In this document: piece after piece, positions 59,222 through 64,000 of the stretch
Position numbering within the stretch: the first letter of the stretch is position 1
Layout: each line of letters opens with the position of its first letter
Assembly (NCBI GenBank): GCA_040285745.1
Contig: JAUFOR010000002.1
Coordinates: forward strand, 682,001-746,000
Length of the DNA stretch: 64,000 nucleotides
Reading direction: 5' to 3'
DNA from: Barthelona sp. PCE
Taxonomy: Eukaryota
Program-made: the position numbers and the translations under genes
The notes under the pieces: model-generated
What the model saw: only the letters and a program-made list of their open reading frames with translations
Told to the model about the DNA's origin: nothing
The model's database searches: none

Positions 59222-62200
59222 ATGAGCGATACGATCACTCCATCGACACAAAGCACGGGTCTATCGTCATCTGGGATAAGCTCGCCCACCGCACATTACT
59301 CCAAACCGCAATTTGAAGATTTATCGTATTTACGAGACATTCCAGCAAGGGTTGATACTGGTCCACATCAACCTCCTCAACACAATACGCAGAAAGAGGA
59401 GGAGGAATCAAAAGAATCACCAAAACCGAAGATTGATATTGCCGCAGTTGCTGAAAAAATCAAGAAAAACGCCGAGATCATTTTACTTAAGAAGAAAAAG
59501 GCACGAAGGGAGAAGGAGCGCCGTGAAAAGGAACGCATTGAGCGGTTGCGGAAGGTTGATGAGTTTAACAAACGTCAATTTGAGAAGCAACGTAATCGTG
59601 TCATCGAGCAAGAGAAGCGCAAGAAGGCAGAGAAAAAGCGCCAGGAAAAAGAGACAGAGGAGCTTAAACTTCGTCAGAAAGCAGAGAAAAAGAGATTAGA
59701 TGACAAGCGGAGAATGGAAGCTGTTCGTAGTCTTCAATCACGGTATAAGACAAACCCCCCCAAGCCCCGTAAGCGTATATCCAAGGATAAGCTCCGTAAA
59801 CAGAAGATTCTTGAGAAGAAGAGAAGGATTGCAGAATTTGATAAAAAAACACGTCAGCGCCTTCAAGAAGAGCAAAAAGAAGAGGAAAGGAAGCGCGAGG
59901 AGCGAAAGAAGCAGGCAAGCAGAGTTGTTATGCCTGTTGTTGTTGAAAGATCGCAACCAGAACCAGAACCTCAAGTCATTGAGCCATTACAGCCAATCAC
60001 TGTCGCACAACCGATCGAGAAACCTGCAGACCACAGCCAGAGCGTTGGTCAATTTGTCATTCTCGATCTGGACAGTAGCAGTGATAGCGAGATTGTATCA
60101 CTGGATTCAATTAACATAGCAGCAGTTATTGATGAGGTCATTGTAATGGATGAGACTCCTTCTCACGATGAGCAAAACATTGTTATCATTGATGAGCGTG
60201 ATGGTTTGAAACCGTTGCGTGAGAAAATTGACAGTCTATCAGTTTTGTTCGAAAGTTTGCCTGATTTCACAGAAGATTCTACAGATATTACCCAGTATGC
60301 TGAGAAGCAAGGTCCGGTGGTCGATAATGTTTTTGAAATGCCTGATCCAATTGTTATGTATGAAGAACCAGAGCCTATTGTACACGAAGAACCAGAGCCT
60401 GTTGTACACGAAGAACCAGAGCCTGTTGTACACGAAGAACCAGAGCCTGTTGTTACACATGAAGCGCCGCCCATTGTGATACAGAACAATGAAAACTATG
60501 ATGAACTGTTAAGCCAGTATCAGAGGATGGAGCGTTGGATGGCAAGCCTATCGTCCGCAGTTGTTTCCCGAGAAGATGAAACAGCGGATGATATGAAGAT
60601 GCAGATTTCGCAGATTCAGGAAGAGCTCGTTACACTTAAGGAAAGTGTTGACACGTTTGTTGATGCTTATTCAACGCGCGAGAGCGCAAACAAGGTCCTA
60701 CACGACTCCTTTGAACCAGTTCCGGTTGTAGAACCAGTTTCAATTGAGCCAACGGTTGAACCGATTCCAGAACCAGTGATCAAGGCAGCTGTTGATCAGG
60801 AGAAGGACGACAGAGACATTGTGTTTGACCTTCTTCTAAGCTCTCACAGGACAGTCGAATCAGCATGTTTAGATGATGGTTTTAGTGTTATTTCTGTATT
60901 GATGCGTCAGAAAAAGGAACTTCTTGAGACCCAGCCCGTTTTTACAATACCGGGTGAGGCTCCAAAGTGGTCAGATGACGCACTTTCTTTGCCTACTCCT
61001 GCACAACTTCAGGCCGAGATCGATGAGTTACAAGAGATAATGGAGGAGTCAAGCATTGACGTCGATGTCAGTGAGAGCATTATCCAACACCGTTTGGAAG
61101 AGCTTGGTCTTATTATCCACGAACCCGTACCTTCAGTTATCAGTCACATATCTGCTATTCCAATGGAGGATTCCCACTCTGAGATGTCCGAGAGCGAGGT
61201 GTTGAGCGAGTTCAACGCCGAAGACATAGTTGTTGAAGATGAAGAGGATGATCGTGTCAGGTATCACCCAGATGATCTTGATGCGCTTGCCATGCAGTCC
61301 CTGGAGGCCATGGACAGGAGCAGGGAGCATGAAAACATGCTCATGGGACTTGAATCTTCATACGCACACTCGATAAGAACCCAACAACAGCACATGTTGG
61401 AGGATGCGATACCAGCTGCCACTGTTTCACAATTTGTACCTGAGGCCGTCAACGAGGGCCGCTTCATGCACTACCCGACTACCCCAGAGACGACAACCAC
61501 CTCTGAAACACCGATTTTGAAAAAATCCAATATAATGCCGCTAGAGCCAATTTCTTCAGAGAGAGAACCATCTCGTCATGTCCAGGTCCACGTTGAGCCT
61601 ATGGTTCCCATGGATAAAGTTGTTACACATGAGGAGAACACACAGACTATGAAACAAGATGTTGAGGAGGATCGCTTACCGTTTACTGATGAGATTGCCA
61701 AACATCTATGGAGCTACGACACCGAGGGAGGTGTGCTGGAGAGCCAGACGAAGAGACAGGTGCAGGCGCATCTTCTCAGGCGCGATTTTGAGGCAGGGTC
61801 TGCGGTTGTGTATTCCAAACTTGAAAAACTAACTGATTCAATTGTTCCTTTGGTTTCCAAGCCCCCACCAACTGTAATCCCACAGGAGGAGCCAGTTATT
61901 GTCGAAGAACCTGTTGTTATGAAGAAAATTGTAATTTCAGATGAGGTTGTTGTCGTAGAACCTGTTGTCGAACAACAGGAAGAGTCAGACGAGGCAAGTG
62001 TTAATGATGAAGATGAGCAAAATTCTCCATTTATTGGTGAAGATCGAACCAGATCGATTAGAAGCCTTGATTTTATGTTGGAAAAACCCAAAGACGTCAC
62101 CTCTATCGAAGAATTCATTCCAACAGAGCCGAAAGAAACAAGTGCAGTGGTCAGTTCTCTTGAGAGTGTTGGTTCTGAATTGTTTGAACTTCAAACTCTT

Positions 62201-64000
62201 ATTGAGACATCAATCGACATCCCCAACGGAAATTCTTTTAATGCTTTGTTCAAGTGTCTTCTGGATGATACATATTCGTTTTTACACACAAAAGATATAG
62301 AATTAGTCCCCGAAGTTTACCTTTCGTTTTTAATTTGTTCTTATCTAAATCTGCAGTTCTCCAACGACATTCAAATCCTCATTATTGGTGATACAGCAGA
62401 TCAAATGGCAAAGATTGGTAGTTTGATCTCAAAGATCATGCCTGTTCAAGTCGACATGATTTTTGGGGATTTCCCACTCAAAAGCAATTGCCCTGTTGGG
62501 TTGATGACAGCAAATGTGTATTTGAACTGGAGTCATTCATGTGATATGGTTGTGTGTTTCTGTAAGAACGTCTCTTCAAAAATTTTCAGCCTATTAATTG
62601 AAGAGGAAGGAAGGCAGTTGAATCATGTAATTTTTGTTAACAACGATATTTTGGTTAAAAAACTGCTTGACGATCATAACGTGTCGTATATATTCTCTTC
62701 TGCGTTCCCGTTCAGTCAAGACGATGTAGACGAGGCGGAACTGTGTAGAGATCTGCAGGCATCTCGTATATTCATCAACTATGATAACAATGGCCGAACC
62801 AGCATCCCCCTGAGCAGCAGCCCGTTAATTGGAACGAGTACACCATACAACCAGTTTGAGTTGGAGAGAAAGAGCGATACTTTTGTTGTCCAGGACAATG
62901 ATAATCAGGAGCAGGTGCACCATGCGCTGAATCTGAATAAGGTTGATGTTGTTTCTATGAATGATGCTGTTGGGCAGCCCAACAATGTTGGAAACGAGAA
63001 GAGAACAGAACTTCTCAAGACGCACAGCGACCTAGCGAGCGAGTTCTTATTCCAGTCGATGCGAGAATCCGCTCTACTGATCGATAGTTCTTCCTCTTCC
63101 TCTCCACCACTAAGTCAGGATGCTGTAACGTCGTTATCGACAACAACTTCTGAAGAATTCTTTTTAGAAACTAGCCTAAATGTTGCATTGAACGAGCCTT
63201 TCGAACCCAGCGGTTTGAAGTATTCTGAAACAGGTAGTGTGTCGTCAGAAGTCAGTCCTACAAATTCAATTGATGATGAAACGTTGGAAAGCTCAGATAA
63301 GGTTGGATTCATGGGTTATGATGTGATCGAGGCAACACCAAAGACGCTCGAGCTATTGGATGAGCTCTACAGCTATGAACAGGTGTTTTACAAGACTGCA
63401 AGCCTAGATCTGCTAAAGTTGACCACTTTCAAAGATAAAACTATTACCACTTTCCAGGAAAACGGATTGAAGGTATTTCGACAGTTTGTTGAGACACGTA
63501 GCAGCTGTATCTATCTATATCCATACCGCCACGACTTTTACATGTTCATGAAGTTGTTTAATTGCTTCACTAATGGTTTTGTTGTGAAAAAACCAGAGGA
63601 TTTATATCCTTTTGAGAGCGAATACGAGTCAATTGATCAAAAACCGGATGAACCTGCTGCTTTTGTTATCAATATCAATTCATTAATGAAGTATCTTATT
63701 TATTTGGAGGAATCTTTGTTAGAATACGTTGTACCTCAGTTTTTGAAGAAGAAGTCATCCATTGTTTTGCTCGTCGTCGACTCGTTGGATGATGACGTGT
63801 ACATGTTTATAAGGAAGTTCTTTTCACCAGATGTCTTGGATTCTTTCGAACAGAATGTTTTTATACACAATAATGAACCGGAAATCGATTATTTCGACTT
63901 TTATACCCTCAATAGCGAGGGGGCTGAGACAGCCACGTCAGTTTCCAGCATTTCTATGTCTCCTCAAGATACAGCAAATGAAGAAACACAGGTTGTCGCT
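59222..64000 (+). CDS. Very large protein (>1590 aa) with K/E/R coiled coil and acidic low-complexity regions; runs off the window end
   Basis: ATG 59222 (MSDTITPSTQS...). The same frame reads sensibly at the segments checked and at the window end (PQDTANEETQVVA). Absence from the ORF track is consistent with no stop in the window. Confidence 0.85.
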   Translation, partial: MSDTITPSTQSTGLSSSGISSPTAHYSKPQFEDLSYLRDIPARVDTGPHQPPQHNTQKEEEESKESPKPKIDIAAVAEKIKKNAEIILLKKKKARREKERREKERIERLRKVDEFNKRQFEKQRNRVIEQEKRKKAEKKRQEKETEELKLRQKAEKKRLDDKRRMEAVRSLQSRYKTNPPKPRKRISKDKLRKQKILEKKRRIAEFDKKTRQRLQEEQKEEERKREERKKQASRVVMPVVVERSQPEPEPQVIEPLQPITVAQPIEKPADHSQSVGQFVILDLDSSSDSEIVSLDSINIAAVIDEVIVMDETPSHDEQNIVIIDERDGLKPLREKIDSLSVLFESLPDFTEDSTDITQYAEKQGPVVDNVFEMPDPIVMYEEPEPIVHEEPEPVVHEEPEPVVHEEPEPVVTHEAPPIVIQNNENYDELLSQYQRMERWMASLSSAVVSREDETADDMKMQISQIQEELVTLKESVDTFVDAYSTRESANKVLHDSFEPVPVVEPVSIEPTVEPIPEPVIKAAVDQEKDDRDIVFDLLLSSHRTVESACLDDGFSVISVLMRQKKELLETQPVFTIPGEAPKWSDDALSLPTPAQLQAEIDELQEIMEESSIDVDVSESIIQHRLEELGLIIHEPVPSVISHISAIPMEDSHSEMSESEVLSEFNAEDIVVEDEEDDRVRYHPDDLDALAMQSLEAMDRSREHENMLMGLESSYAHSIRTQQQHMLEDAIPAATVSQFVPEAVNEGRFMHYPTTPETTTTSETPILKKSNIMPLEPISSEREPSRHVQVHVEPMVPMDKVVTHEENTQTMKQDVEEDRLPFTDEIAKHLWSYDTEGGVLESQTKRQVQAHLLRRDFEAGSAVVYSKLEKLTDSIVPLVSKPPPTVIPQEEPVIVEEPVVMKKIVISDEVVVVEPVVEQQEESDEASVNDEDEQNSPFIGEDRTRSIRSLDFMLEKPKDVTSIEEFIPTEPKETSAVVSSLESVGSELFELQTLIETSIDIPNGNSFNALFKCLLDDTYSFLHTKDIELVPEVYLSFLICSYLNLQFSNDIQILIIGDTADQMAKIGSLISKIMPVQVDMIFGDFPLKSNCPVGLMTANVYLNWSHSCDMVVCFCKNVSSKIFSLLIEEEGRQLNHVIFVNNDILVKKLLDDHNVSYIFSSAFPFSQDDVDEAELCRDLQASRIFINYDNNGRTSIPLSSSPLIGTSTPYNQFELERKSDTFVVQDNDNQEQVHHALNLNKVDVVSMNDAVGQPNNVGNEKRTELLKTHSDLASEFLFQSMRESALLIDSSSSSSPPLSQDAVTSLSTTTSEEFFLETSLNVALNEPFEPSGLKYSETGSVSSEVSPTNSIDDETLESSDKVGFMGYDVIEATPKTLELLDELYSYEQVFYKTASLDLLKLTTFKDKTITTFQENGLKVFRQFVETRSSCIYLYPYRHDFYMFMKLFNCFTNGFVVKKPEDLYPFESEYESIDQKPDEPAAFVININSLMKYLIYLEESLLEYVVPQFLKKKSSIVLLVVDSLDDDVYMFIRKFFSPDVLDSFEQNVFIHNNEPEIDYFDFYTLNSEGAETATSVSSISMSPQDTANEETQVVA
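60362..60460 (+). repeat. Coding tandem repeat, 4 x 24 bp (EEPEPVVH)
   Basis: Unit GAAGAACCAGAGCCTGTTGTACAC; copies 2-3 identical, copy 1 has one substitution, copy 4 diverges at its end. Confidence 0.95.

Noticed and set aside
60362-60460. 24-bp direct repeats as a CRISPR array
   Set aside because: Contiguous in-frame coding repeats with no spacers, in a eukaryotic context.
1-64000. Alternative genetic code (TAA/TAG read as Gln, as in hexamitid diplomonads)
   Set aside because: Conserved proteins end at TAA, TAG or TGA at their expected C-termini, and long ORFs have no internal stops.

Overview
Gene-dense, intron-poor nuclear genome of a unicellular eukaryote using the standard genetic code. 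About 40 protein-coding genes and one tRNA gene occupy 64 kb, with tiny spacers and several overlapping convergent 3' ends. Cilium-associated genes (TMEM218, CCDC96, WDR17) point to a flagellate. Strong protein divergence, rare short GTATGT..AG introns and a reduced Pam18 fit an anaerobic, metamonad-like protist, but this is inference only. Recognisable genes: kinesin-13-like (partial), HAUS7-like, GBE1, LMBRD2, PHO80-type cyclin, PFDN2 (1 intron), RPS12, PAM18, soluble cytochrome b5, proteasome beta1, BRX1, COMMD10, a classical Pumilio, ASF1, PRIM1, a bacterial-type MFS transporter, UBC6, endonuclease V, MED31, a 3959-aa DNA-PKcs, CLEC16A, CCT6, RPS5 (1 intron), RPS6, COG3 and KRR1. No CRISPR array, rRNA or clear transposon was seen. 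The most unusual item is a tRNA with a Gly (GCC) anticodon whose acceptor stem carries the alanine identity pair G3.U70 plus A1-U72. Also notable: a protein built from three partial p25alpha (TPPP) repeats, an unexplained intron-like segment beside the tRNA, an ATG-less coding-like frame, candidate (T/A)GTAAA 3'-end signals fused to stop codons, a recurrent pyrimidine-rich promoter-like motif, and Pumilio-type elements downstream of the Pumilio and Pam18 genes. All family assignments come from motif recognition by eye; no database searches were run.
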